The position numbers were made by a program, and so were the translations under genes. From assembly GCF_037042905.1 (NCBI RefSeq), contig NC_087248.1:13454001-13518000 (forward strand): a stretch of 64,000 nt of DNA. Direction: 5' to 3'. The notes beneath the pieces were generated by a model, which saw only the letters and a list, made by a program, of their open reading frames with translations, did not search any database and was not told where the DNA came from. Positions within the stretch are counted from its first letter, which is position 1, and every line of letters begins with the position of its first letter. This DNA is from Lytechinus pictus. Its lineage: Eukaryota. Shown piece after piece: positions 20,775-32,826 of the stretch.

Positions 20775-23700
20775 GTTTGTAAAATATATGAACAATCCAG
20801 AATTCACTTGTAATGTGTACATCTAAGTAGAGCGCCAATACATAATAGCCGCATGAACAAGGGTAACCTTTCACGTGCAGCAAATAACAATAACACTATA
20901 TGGATTGTCGTTCTGTAGAAGGTAAGCCTTTGAGCAGACATTGGAGAAGCGCTAGACTTTGTTACCAAATACAAATGATATGTGGAGCACATCAGAGGAA
21001 ATCAGATTAAGATATGAACCTATAGAATGGGGAAGTATATGGGCGGAGCGTGGACCGATAGAGACGACCTACCTCTCCACCTTTCATCATTGGTTGAATG
21101 TTGAAATATATTTATCAATGCATATCAAAATAGATAACCTAATGTAAATTGGAAGCAATCAATTTTCTCAGGATTGATGATAAATATGCATCTCTCTAAT
21201 TTGATTTATCATCATAAACCAGTTATCATAATGATCTGATTGTGAAACCGAAGGTCATTATTTTCCGGTGTCATAATTTATTAAGCAGAGGCCATTTCCC
21301 ACGGTACTGACGTCTACAAAAATAAAGTGTTACATGAAATAATTAATATTATGTTAGAGGATTCGTTATAAGGTTGTTCCTTTCTTGTGATCACTCTGAT
21401 ACTTAAGCAAAATGTATACTTTGCTGCTGTTTTTTCAGGAATTTGACATGTTATGTAATCTATGGATTTTCGTGAGGAAATGAATTAAGATTGGAATTTG
21501 ACTTGAATAAAAATTGAATTGCAGTGTTCGTGAATATTTTCTGATTCTGGTTTGAAGAATTGATGTTAATATTGCATATGCTGTTAAAGATGACCGAATA
21601 TACCACCACACAGTCACATACTTTGTTCAACGATTTATCAATATACCCTTCCCAGCTGGTCATCATTTGTGAGAAAGCAGTCGGGCAACTCCATAAAAAT
21701 GTAATCTAACCACCTGGAAGTGGTCATTTCCAGAGATATTATTAGTTTGCATCTGTGTTATAGTTCGTGCGAAGAAACCACTGATTGCTCACGCGAATAA
21801 CCCTCTATCAATCGAAGTTTATATTTCTCCTCCTCATATAACAAGGAGAGAGGGAATTTTAATTATTTGTAAAAGAAAAAACACAAGGATTGCTTGTAGT
21901 AAAAAGGGATATAAAATGCAGCATCTGAAATGCACACGCATATTCCTTTTTCAACATATACACACACCCGTTCTCCCACTCTCTCTTCCTCACACACGCA
22001 TCCACTCGCAATCACCCTAACACCGTATACACCACACAAGCATACCGCCCTAACTTATAATTGCTTCGGGTATTATTCAAAATAAACCAAACTACCATTC
22101 GATGTTTTTTTAGATTTTGGAGCCGTAAATCATAAGGTTTTATAGTTGAAAGTTATATATTCATACTTCAATTCAATCTTTTCATGATACTTAATGCTTT
22201 TCTGTTATTAAGAGGTCACTCTTGTCCAAACAATGACAAACTGCACTACTAACAAAATAGGAAAAAGCACATGCAAAGAAATGAGACATGCTAGTAACGA
22301 CTAATTTTTTTTCCACAGATATTTCTTCTTTATCAATGTATAATAGTACGGAATATTTATAAGGCGCTTGATACGGGCTTTTCTAAGTGAACTGCTCTCT
22401 GCTATATTATAACTGGTCCCTTAATAAATTTGGTCTACTAATAAATTACATGTAAGTCCACCTAAATTTACCAATTCTCAAGTGGGTCATCATCTGTTGA
22501 AATGACAAGTTTTGAGCAGGGACTTAAATCGACCCACAAGCTTTATGTTTATAAACGCGTAAATCATTCCACAAAGAAGGATTAATTACATTGTTTATCC
22601 ATCTTATTTATTTAATACATTTTGAATTTGCATATTGATACGTTTTCAACTGCACATTGTAATGTTATGACTAAAAATGACATGTTTTGAGATGTCAATT
22701 AGCAATGCGGGGGTTCAAAGATGGTTTCGAACTATTCCATATATTATTCAAACACAAATTTAAACGCATTGCAGGCATCATTATAAATATACATTTAACG
22801 AATTTTAAATCGGTGATTCAATTGTATACAGTGATAGTTATTATTGAATGAATTTTTATTCAATAACTTATTGATTACCTTTTCCGTGATACAAATAGCA
22901 CGGGTTATTCATATTATGCAATTTCTTAAAGGAGTATTTCACACAAGGGCATGGCAATGTTTAATACGTTGCAGTAAAGTATTATAGAGTAATAAAACAT
23001 GTATGCGAATATAATGGTAAACATGAATATGCACACTAAGCTAGTTATGCAGTGAAAACGTATACAACAAATTTCCATGCACTAAGGGTACTAGTCTTGA
23101 GAAGAAAACCTTATTTATTATTTATCAAGAAAAAGTTATCAGGTTCGATACCCATTTCATGATACACACAAGTAATCATTTAAACATATATTTATTTATT
23201 TTTGATATTTGTACAGGGTGGCACACATCACCAACTTGGTGGTCTTCATTGTGGCCCTGTTAACAAAAAAATAAACAAATAATGTCACTAATGATAATAA
23301 TAGGCAAGTAATGAACCAAATACAATACAATAATAAACAATATGTACAGGCACAAAATGTATGCAAACATGTCATAAGAAAAAAATATTGGTATCCCTAG
23401 CAATTATGATCATTGGATAATCATTCAACTTTGACCCTTTGAATTGAATTTGTGAATTTTGAAGGTAGAACATACAAATACCATAATTAGAACGGAAAAT
23501 AAATCAAACATCAAGAGTGAGAAAATGATTACAAATCAACACATATATATTTAAACGCGTTTGTGCTTACAACTTTGCATCCTATTTAAGCTATTGTATA
23601 TCTCTTTAAAAACTAAAACAAATAAGCTTCGCCTCGGCCTTATAAAAGTTTTGCTTGCTCATGCAATCTTCCCAAATTATGCTTCCAGTAAGAAATTCGG

Positions 23701-23972
23701 TTGTTTAGAATGCACTATTGCTCTTGTGAACACGCACACACACAAAAAACTTGATAAAATTAAATTAAGTAAGCGATGGATAATATAGTTTATTTACAAT
23801 TGAATGCAATTTTCATCTACAAACAAGCTCGTTTTCTTACAGTGCTGCTTGGATTGATTTGGATTTACATTGAAGTGAGCTTCAATCTTGTGATTAGGGA
23901 TGGGAATTAATGCATTCAAGTTACGCATTCCTTCAGGAAATGTTATCATATAGCCAAGAGCATTTATTCAAA

Positions 23973-26180
23973 TCAAAGAAAAGAAGAAGAATTCATGTAC
24001 AGATCAGCATCAAATGTAGGTTGGTTTATACGGTTGTCTCTATCACTGTCATCCGTGTGGCTCGTGAAGTCTTCGGTCGGTACCGATGCGTAGAGATGAT
24101 CATCAGATTGCGAAAGACTGTCTTGTGGACCGTCTCTAGTCATGGTAGTTGCATCAGTTGGAGTAATATCATGAACATGATGATCTACATGGTCGCAATA
24201 TTGTCTACTCTGTGGTACAGATTGAGACTCTTTCCCCGTGTTTCTAGTTTTCTTGGACATGTCTGGGTGAGCATACATGGCTTCCAACTCTCGTGCAGAT
24301 GGTTTCTGGTTTCCAACAGCTTTTTCAATGGGGGTTGGTGTTTTGTCAGGCGAAGGTAAGGGGTTGTCTTTGTCAACATCAAGACGATCCCCTTCGTTAT
24401 CTTCAGGTGATTGAAGTGGTCTCAGAATAGGCGAATCCTTTTGAGGTTGGTTTGTTCTCCCGATGATCCTGGTAGTGTTATCATATATTGAAGAATAAGC
24501 ACCGTCCAACTCTGGTATCATCGATACTAGATGGTCAGTAGAGTGCTTTGCAACATTGTCCCTTTTGCATGGGTCCCCTGCCCCCTTACCATCACCAGTG
24601 GTGTGAATGACTGAAACATTATTGGTAGACATGCATTTTCCTGGATATGACTCTTTCATGTCATTGGGGATAAGACGAATTTGAGAGTTTTCGAGATTTT
24701 GTAGCTTAGTCTTCATTCTATCTGGTTCTCGGATGTTTATGTCTAATGTCGATTGCTGATGAGAGACCGACTCATCGGTATCAATGTCCACGTCTTCTTG
24801 AGGTTGCTGCGATGAAAAGGTGATCGTGTCATGAGGTCTTGAATCATCAACGTCATCGTCTTCCCCTGAAGCTAAATACGCGAGTGTACACGTAGCATTT
24901 GACCTTTGTTCTCTTACCAGATATTTACCTTTCCGTTGAAAGTAATAGAAACATAACATGACAACAATAATTGTAATACTTAGGATATATCCAGGTGTTG
25001 CAATGGCTGCCAGTGGTATCAGCCTATCGGTCCCTACGTTCTTAGGATTTGTCGACTCTATCGGAGGGCTACCTTCACTGGTTGCGGGGATATGAATTTC
25101 TTTACTTGGCCGATCCGTTGTTGATTGTAAATCCATATTTGTTACATTCACGATAATGGTTTCACATCTTAGTTCACTTCTCGCATCGAGTGGATATTTG
25201 CTTTCGCTTGCAGATTTACCTGAGATAAAAAAGCGATCACGTTCAAACTTTGAGAAGTCTAAAATAATAATGTTATGGATAATTGGTTTCGCGGAATCAT
25301 TGCTTCCAAGACATACGAATGCAATATTGTTGCTGACATTGTGGAGTGATAACATAACGTAGCTAGCATTTTTCCACCATATCAATGGAGTACTTTCATT
25401 CTCAACGCAGCAATCAAGTCTAACCTGTCCCCCTCTGTTGTTCTCTACCATACTGCGCTGTGGAGTGACAAATGCGCACGTTTCTCCTATGTCGCCTATA
25501 GCATTGGCAACAACACAAACATAGTCATCGTTAACCATATCTTCAATACTGATATAAACACTGAATCCATTAGTGAGGTTGGGATTGTTATCCAGGTTTT
25601 CACCTGTAGATCTATCTTCAGCCAACAGTCGATTACCGGCTCGTAATTCTGCGTGGTGGTTACTGCTAATCTGTGTCCACTGACAGGACAGTTCAACCTT
25701 CGCTCTATGTTGGTCCAACAAAGAGGTACAATTGTTTTTGGTATCAATAACTGACAAGGTGAATATCAAGGCTGTACATTTTGTCATGCCTTCTTCATTT
25801 AGAATAATGATGTGTTGTCCAGAATCCTCTTGATGTGCAGATGCAATCAGGAGCTCCAAGGTACAGTTTGAGAATGACTTATTCAGCCTATAACGTGAAT
25901 TAACAGAGGACTCATTACTTGTACACTGCAGAGTGTTATTACAGGTCATACTCCATGATGCATGTGGTGCTATCCAATTCAGGGTTTGATTTTCAAGGAT
26001 AGGGCATTGAAGATTGAATGAAATAAAAACGTCTTGATGATTCAATACTTCGACCGATTCAAACTTGTATTTACAGTTTTCGCCAGTGTTTTCACTTAAT
26101 GAATAGATTCGAACAAAGGTATCTAGAATGATCAAAAGTAACAATTTATTTACTCTTGGAAAACGTTGTCTACCCTCCAT
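23973..26180 (-). CDS. Ig-superfamily TM receptor, paralog 4 (735 aa, most divergent)
   Basis: Signal peptide; QTLNW, RYRL, LLI...DSGQH, KC; LSCQW; DCC...IWW; TM LAAIATPGYILSITIIVVMLCFYYF; tail AYSSIYDN, MYAHPDMSKKT, LYASV, LYMNS. Confidence 0.88.
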   Translation of the reverse strand: MEGRQRFPRVNKLLLLIILDTFVRIYSLSENTGENCKYKFESVEVLNHQDVFISFNLQCPILENQTLNWIAPHASWSMTCNNTLQCTSNESSVNSRYRLNKSFSNCTLELLIASAHQEDSGQHIIILNEEGMTKCTALIFTLSVIDTKNNCTSLLDQHRAKVELSCQWTQISSNHHAELRAGNRLLAEDRSTGENLDNNPNLTNGFSVYISIEDMVNDDYVCVVANAIGDIGETCAFVTPQRSMVENNRGGQVRLDCCVENESTPLIWWKNASYVMLSLHNVSNNIAFVCLGSNDSAKPIIHNIIILDFSKFERDRFFISGKSASESKYPLDARSELRCETIIVNVTNMDLQSTTDRPSKEIHIPATSEGSPPIESTNPKNVGTDRLIPLAAIATPGYILSITIIVVMLCFYYFQRKGKYLVREQRSNATCTLAYLASGEDDDVDDSRPHDTITFSSQQPQEDVDIDTDESVSHQQSTLDINIREPDRMKTKLQNLENSQIRLIPNDMKESYPGKCMSTNNVSVIHTTGDGKGAGDPCKRDNVAKHSTDHLVSMIPELDGAYSSIYDNTTRIIGRTNQPQKDSPILRPLQSPEDNEGDRLDVDKDNPLPSPDKTPTPIEKAVGNQKPSARELEAMYAHPDMSKKTRNTGKESQSVPQSRQYCDHVDHHVHDITPTDATTMTRDGPQDSLSQSDDHLYASVPTEDFTSHTDDSDRDNRINQPTFDADLYMNSSSFL

Positions 26181-29100
26181 CTTGATGTTTTAGAGTACAC
26201 TTTACTTCAAACATGTGCCACAATCACAAGTAATATGGCAAGTTTATCAACGGAAATTAACAAGCAAACTCCGTTCTTTAAATGTACCACAGAAGTCATA
26301 TCCTAAAACATATATTAGCCGACAGCGACGTACAAGAATAACAATGATGGGTAGGAATAACCATAATAGCAGGTCATGTTCCTTTTCTGTATCCTTTATT
26401 AGGTATCGTTAGAGTCCTATCATTCATTTAAATGTTTTATTTAAATGACTTTCCCACTTCCTCCTGCCGATTCTGCGGTGCATCATTTTTCGTTGAGTAT
26501 CAGAGAGTAAAATAAGTATGACGTAGTATGCACGGATGATCCAAAATAATGCACAATATCATTTCAATCTTCGCTTCCCCGTTTGTTCGTGAAGACTTTG
26601 AAGCCCCCAATCACTGTATGAAGACTTTCGGAACAGCACTATTGTGGATGACGAACTATATCTATGTACGTCATGATCTTAATGTTTACGCAAAAGTTAG
26701 CATGGAAATCAAATGAAACTTACTCTCATTAAAAATGATCCGCCCATTTTTTTTTGCTGTTGATGAATATACCACTTGAAGATATGACATATATGCCTTT
26801 CGAACAAAAGTAAATGTCAATCAAATTCTAGAAGTGGGAGTGGATTGTCTTTTAGGTCTGGGAATTATACGGAAGATTGAATGAGGAGTGAGTATTCTCT
26901 TCTTCACAGATTAAACTGTCATGTTTATTAATCGGATGCAATTAAGCCAAATCTTACACGCAATGTATCTTGCAAAGAAACTGATAGATTCATGGTTTCA
27001 ATGGTCGACTGCCCTTGTGTCATGGTGATCTTTCTTCTGTTTCGACGTGAGAGAAGCAATTTATAGAAATAGAATAGTATCACTAAAGCAATTGTGAGTG
27101 AGGGTGTATGCGTTTGTGTTTGGGGAGGGTTAGTGGACGTTTGGCAAGTAAGGTCTTGTAAGAATTCATGTAGGTCTTGGACCATGTTCCGTCTGCTTGA
27201 AGATTGCACACCTCTGGTAATTAGTTGTATATCAGCTGGGCGTTTACCAGCAAAAAAAAAGGTGTCTTGCCGAGCTCCTACAGGAGTTACCATGAACAGA
27301 AACAGAAACAAAAATTCCAAATATTTCCATATTTGTGAACTATTTTCATTGACCATTGATATTATACACTATTCTTAAATATCATATTCTTTATGTCAAT
27401 GTAAAACTGTATATGAATATAGTGCCCAGACTAAAGTCTAATGTTTGAATCTAATTTTATAATTTTATAAATATGATTTATAGACCTACACGTCCGCGTA
27501 ATATAAGGTTTCGCTTCATCGGATGCTTTAAAACAAACACTCAAATACTCTGGAAGAAAGTAACAATTTACAAGGAAAAATGTCTTATGTCTTTTAATTT
27601 TGTATTTATTACTGAACAAAAATCACAGGTTAGAGACATTATAATAGATTTCATTGGTATCAAGTGATGGAAAAAACAATTTATCGTGTTTGTGATCCCT
27701 ACAAAATGAATTTACAGTCACCCTGACCAAAGAAGGATCAGGAAATAGCATTATGGATAAAATATACATACCAATCCGTGAGAAAAGGGACGGCGTAATT
27801 TTTATTCCCCAAACTTACGGTATGAATATATATACATGTATATATATATGTATATAAATATACAAATATATTTTTATAAACATAGTGAACAGAAATCAGA
27901 AACTATTGTTCAAAATGACTAAGTGTCACCGTGGTATTACACTAAATCGAAAGTTTTCTGGATATCTTTCAAGATTTATGCAAAAAAAATATTTTGATGA
28001 AATGATTTTTGGATAATAACTTTCACAGATCTCTAATTGGGAGGGGGGGGGGGGGTCATGGCTTCTTTTTTATATGCCTGTTTGACCCACCAAGTGCACA
28101 TTGCAGATGGCACAAAAGCACCAGAATGTTTGCATTCATTGAGTAATTGTGTATGGAAACTGGTCGACTGTGAAATACAAACAAACTGTCATTAAATGAA
28201 CTCTTACATTAAAAACAATAACAATTTAGAAATGTCTTGTGATCAAATAACAACTCTTGTGAATTACAAATTTCCAAAGGTATGGAGTCCTTATGCCATA
28301 ATTGGTCATAAAAAGCTTATCACAAGTAATGGAAAGTAATAATTGTATATTTCACAAGTTGTATGATACCCACGAACTGAAGTGTATATTCTAGGACTAA
28401 ACCTGGGAAACCACCAAAGTGGGATGAGGGTGAGAGCAAGAATGATATCTGGTGATATACGTTTGGTACTAAGTAAGGCATTTCAACCTGTAATGAAATG
28501 TGGACCTCCCAAAAGTGAAGGTTAATAGTGAAACATAATAAACCTATCAACATACAGTACATCAATATACAATAGTAGTGAGAGGTACTCTAATGTCGAC
28601 CTTCTAATATGCATGTCAGTTTCTTTTACGCAAGGGAGCAAAGCGACTGACTAAGGTATTCGTCAATTTAACTTTGAAACTTTACATCATACATTACACG
28701 TGTTAGCCTATGTCACAGAGTGCAATTTGATATATCAGTGAGTAGGGGACGGTGGCTGTAATATCGACTCCCCTAAAATGGATTTTAAAAGTTATTTTCA
28801 CGCGAGGTTGCGTAGCGACCGAACCAAGGAATGCAAGTCCACACTGTGGAATTTGTCATTTTCAACTTATACAATTAAGAACATGAGAGTTCTAAGGGGG
28901 GACACATTTCCAAAATTGCTTTAATTTTTGTTTACAAGCAAACATGCCAACAGAAAAAAAAAGAATGACCGCGATAAGGGGTAAAATTCTCCTCTCATTT
29001 ACCTATGTTTAGTCACCACAGTGACTAATCGCAACCGCCAGATTCATAATATAAATATTTTGAAATAAATAAATAAATAAATAAATAAATTTTCAAGTGG

Positions 29101-29314
29101 ACATTTACTACATCATGTAATTCATTGAAAACTACATAAACAAAAAATATTGTTATAATTATTATTTCGTTGAGAGTCTGCTTTTTCGATTAAATGTTTG
29201 TTATTTTTATGTTGGCATAATGAAAAACACTCTGGCCTTTTTTCCAATTTCATATTACGATATTCTCTGATACAATTATCTCTCTAATGCTTGGATTTTT
29301 TTCAAAAAATGTCA

Positions 29315-29778
29315 CTAATGTCCATCTTTTTGAGCTTGGACTTGCTTCCAGAATATTCTCTTGGGGCCTCTTGGGTCATCATATACTGTTTCTGCAAAGG
29401 ACTTTATTTTCCTGGTCTTACGACTCATATCCAGTTTGGCGTAAAACGGCCAGAGAAAACAGAATTGTTGTCTTTGACATGAAGTCCTGGTTATTGTTTC
29501 ACGAGAGGACTTGTCCGATGTTTTATCTGACAAGTACCATGAGTACTGTTTTATCTGACAGTTACTAGGTAACAGTGACTCTCAGCCAATCATTATCAAA
29601 GAAAGTTGTCAGACCTAACAAATTGTCAGACGAAAATATTGATGAAACGCTTCCGTGGTGATGTCTTCGGGCGATGTCTTCGTCGCATCTGCCGGCATGC
29701 TGACGGACGACGGACAAGTCTCTGCCACTGCATACTAAAAAGCGGTTTGCGCTCTTGAAAAGGTGTTGGAACGACATT
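29315..29778 (-). pseudogene. Decayed distal tail of paralog 5
   Basis: Aligns to 42140-42450 with indels and an insertion; encodes YAKLDMSRKT and YDDPR beyond the stop. Confidence 0.85.
29491..29655. mobile_element. ~165 bp MITE inserted in the former coding tail of paralog 5
   Basis: Absent at the homologous site in paralog 6 (gaagtcctggtgatg); TGG duplicated at 29488-29490 and 29656-29658; degenerate gtttca...tgaaac ends with internal ctgaca/tgtcag repeats. Confidence 0.8.
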
Positions 29779-31524
29779 TTATACCTTTTTAGCATTTATT
29801 ATCTTTGGAGATCTAGCACAGCCCTCGACTTCATCTATAGAACAATACGTATCGTCAGCGCCAGTTGTGCTTGCATTGGCGGCATCCATATGCTCATCGT
29901 TAAAATCAACTTTTCTATTACCCTGGGCAGAACATACGGTCTTGTGCTGATACTTTCCTGGAGTAGAACTTTGATGTTCGACATTGAAGGGTGTCCTGTA
30001 CATGAAACCCGGTCTCGCTTCAGGGGATACAATGGCGTTTGCTTGACTTTCTCCACAAGAGCGCAATGTTTCTTGTTTTGGATAAAGCTCTAGCCTGGGA
30101 GATGTTTGGAGACGGGAAGCATCACTACTTAAAAGAGACGCTCCAGAAAATGCACTCATTTCTACAGAATCTCTATCTGTATCGGTTATATGAATTGGTG
30201 ATTGCATTCTAAGAACCTGATACCCCTCCCGTCGTCGATCAGATTGCTTTCCAGTTCGGATTCTGCAAACCAATTTGGCGATGTTGATGGACAAGCTCAA
30301 CACAAGACCCAGAGCTGCAATCACAACGACAGAAATCAAAATAGGTTGTTTATCGCCAGTGTTGTACCTTTGAACATATTTTTTTCCACTCGACCCATTA
30401 CCAGTACTGGAAGTCACATGAATATTTTCTTCAAAAATCGTTTTTGGAGGAAGAGAAGCTACTATGGTAGTAAGTGACGATGGTCTATATGTTAAAACAT
30501 TAACATATACCAGGCCAATGGAACATTGAGAGTCTTCATGAGAAAGGTGGAAAGTACTTGAGTTTCCATCTCTTAGACCGTCAAAGTTCAGACGTCCGAT
30601 GCTTTTAATTACTAGCCCAGTTGAGTTCTTCGTCTCTTCCACAAAAAAGAGAAATGGAAAACTAACGTTCGTCGTTTCGCGACAATCGATCCTTTGCAGT
30701 GATTTTCCATTAATAGTGTACAGTGATGAATTTGAAGCGTTCTTGCTTTCCGAGCAGCATTCAGTGTTTGAGCCATGAGTTAATTTAAACTGAATTAATT
30801 TATCCGTTGCCGTGGGAAACTGACATTCTTTGTATCGCTTTAAGTTATCATAAAAAACTACACACCTGGTTGGCACTACAGTTGAGTCACCAACTTTTTC
30901 TGGAAAAAGGAATATGTTGTATCCGTTGGTGATGCTATATGAACCTTCTGATTTTATCCCTGTAGTTGTATGTTCATACATCACCTGATCGCCCGCTAAG
31001 AGTCTTACTTGATTCCTAACGTTCACTTGCATCCAGTGGCAAGACATCTGTATCGCGTTATTTTCATTTCTGTAGAATATTTCACAAATAGGTTTGTTTA
31101 TGTCGACGCTCAAGTTCAATCGGGATATCTCACACAAAGTTCGTCCCTTTTCGCATAGGCGAAGAGAGTGCGTCCCTGTGTCACTTATTTCAGTAAACAT
31201 AATCGACAACTTTAATTCAGTTTGTTTGTTTAAAGCAAGACTATAGCGTCCAGATTTAACCGAAAAGTTATTTGCAGCTGATCGATTAAATTCATTTTCG
31301 TATCCAGAATCTGGATTACACCACACAACATATTGTCTCGGTTGTAAGTTGTTTGAGTAAAAATGAAAGAGTGTAGTGATGTTTTGACCATCGGTTTTAA
31401 TCATTGAAAGTTCCTGTGGTTCGCTGCACCAGAGCATTGACACCGCGTGTATTTGGAAGATGAGAACGCTGAAGAGTATCACATCGGATGTAAGCCGTGT
31501 AGGAAACATCTTGCCGTCGTACAT
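29779..31524 (-). CDS. Ig-superfamily TM receptor, paralog 5; ectodomain and TM intact, cytoplasmic tail truncated (possible pseudogene)
   Basis: Close paralog of 42140..44224; TCA(Ser)->TAA at 29779-29781; the remaining tail (FYAKLDMSRKTRK...VYDDPR) lies downstream at 29315-29450. Confidence 0.85.
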   Translation of the reverse strand: MYDGKMFPTRLTSDVILFSVLIFQIHAVSMLWCSEPQELSMIKTDGQNITTLFHFYSNNLQPRQYVVWCNPDSGYENEFNRSAANNFSVKSGRYSLALNKQTELKLSIMFTEISDTGTHSLRLCEKGRTLCEISRLNLSVDINKPICEIFYRNENNAIQMSCHWMQVNVRNQVRLLAGDQVMYEHTTTGIKSEGSYSITNGYNIFLFPEKVGDSTVVPTRCVVFYDNLKRYKECQFPTATDKLIQFKLTHGSNTECCSESKNASNSSLYTINGKSLQRIDCRETTNVSFPFLFFVEETKNSTGLVIKSIGRLNFDGLRDGNSSTFHLSHEDSQCSIGLVYVNVLTYRPSSLTTIVASLPPKTIFEENIHVTSSTGNGSSGKKYVQRYNTGDKQPILISVVVIAALGLVLSLSINIAKLVCRIRTGKQSDRRREGYQVLRMQSPIHITDTDRDSVEMSAFSGASLLSSDASRLQTSPRLELYPKQETLRSCGESQANAIVSPEARPGFMYRTPFNVEHQSSTPGKYQHKTVCSAQGNRKVDFNDEHMDAANASTTGADDTYCSIDEVEGCARSPKIINAKKV

Positions 31525-31811
31525 AACAATTTAGGAATAAGAATTAGTTTGCTCGACGCTTCAGTGGAGAATGACGTGCAATCATAAATGAATCTTTCTG
31601 CAAATGAATATTATTTACAAAACATCTAGAGATAGTTACGTTGAAACTTAAGAAGGCATTTTGTTATCGCGTCGTACACGTAAAAAAAAAAAGAATGAAT
31701 GAATGTAGGTCCTTCTTTGCCAAGTATTTTAATAACTTTTGACAATCGCATAAACGTAGCCACTCATTCGTCAAAAGGAAAAATCAAATGAAGGCAGAGC
31801 AAGTGAGTGTG

Positions 31812-31814
<3 letters not shown>

Positions 31815-31848
<34 letters not shown>
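31815..31848. repeat. (GA)n microsatellite upstream of paralog 5 (degenerate counterpart at 44511-44546)
   Basis: Seen directly. Confidence 0.9.
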
Positions 31849-31851
<3 letters not shown>

Positions 31852-31902
31852 AAAAGATGACTGATGAAGTCCTTTCGTTCTTATAAAGTACTTGAAAATA
31901 AT

Positions 31903-32214
31903 CGCTGATGTGGTTTACGGTACACCATGTGAAGTGTTGTAGAAACAGTGGATAGGAGAAGAGAAGAAATGGATAGGCGAGAAAGTGGAGATTTGAGAGT
32001 AGAGTATTCTTTCTTGAAAGTAGTCCTGAAAAGGACTGTAAACCAGGAAAGATTGATGAGTTGAGAACAGCTTGAGTAGTAGAGCTAGTGAGGAGATGCT
32101 GGCTTGAGTCGGCGAGTAGAGATGATGAGTAATAGAGAGACTCGACGTTTCGGGCAGGTTGACTGTCCGTCTTCTCCATTGTACATGCCACCATGCAAAC
32201 CTTCAAACAACATC
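31903..32214 (-). mobile_element. Penelope-like element fragment with hammerhead-like motif
   Basis: 14-bp TSD tacttgaaaataat (31889-31902, 32215-32228); empty site at ~44587 in the paralog 6 unit; minus-strand tggagaagacggacagtcaacctgcccgaaacgtcgagtc. Confidence 0.6.
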
Positions 32215-32826
32215 TACTTGAAAATAATTCCACATTACAAGGTAAACATACATGTATTCAATTTATCACCTTTCTCAAGTGTGGAAAGTAATTATTTTCC
32301 CTTCTCACGGTTAAGCCAAGGAAACGTGCATTCTAGTACTAACATGACTCACTTTTGAGTGTTGGTTAAACTTTGGTTAAAGTCTAACCAAGTTATGATC
32401 ATCCAGCGCATGAATTTCATGTATTTCCTCATTTACTTAAACGGACAAGTCCTGTTTTACTACTTAAAAGGGGTACTTTCAGATAAAAACAAAATAAAAC
32501 CGCTTTTCTGGTGATCGGGAGTAGCCCCTTTTGAAACATAATCAGTTTACGCTAGTAAATATTCGGGTCTTGATAGAACCAGTCCAGTAAATCCATAATA
32601 TTTATCACGAGTGTTCGGTTTACAAGGTGACCAGAGAAATGCATGATTTGAACAGGTTGAAGCTTCAGGGGCTTAATGTAAATTAGAAGCAGGTGGCCGT
32701 AGAAGAACTGAGTACCAGCTGATATTAAGACATCAGTTATCTATGGTAAAACTAGATACACTTTTCTTAATAAAACAAATCACTTCAATTATATTCTGTT
32801 GGTAAAACACATACATGTATATTGGT

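Noticed and set aside
11352-26180. Canonical ITAM in the tails
   Set aside because: No YxxL/I-x6-8-YxxL/I pair found; the motifs are single-tyrosine types.
26928-27378. 142-aa and 94-aa ORFs; a faint piggyBac-like LVNAQLIYN in another frame
   Set aside because: No convincing domain; too degenerate to call.
31815-31848. GA microsatellites as drivers of duplication, as proposed for sea urchin Transformer genes
   Set aside because: Present only upstream of paralogs 5 and 6 and inside the duplicated unit, not at its boundaries.
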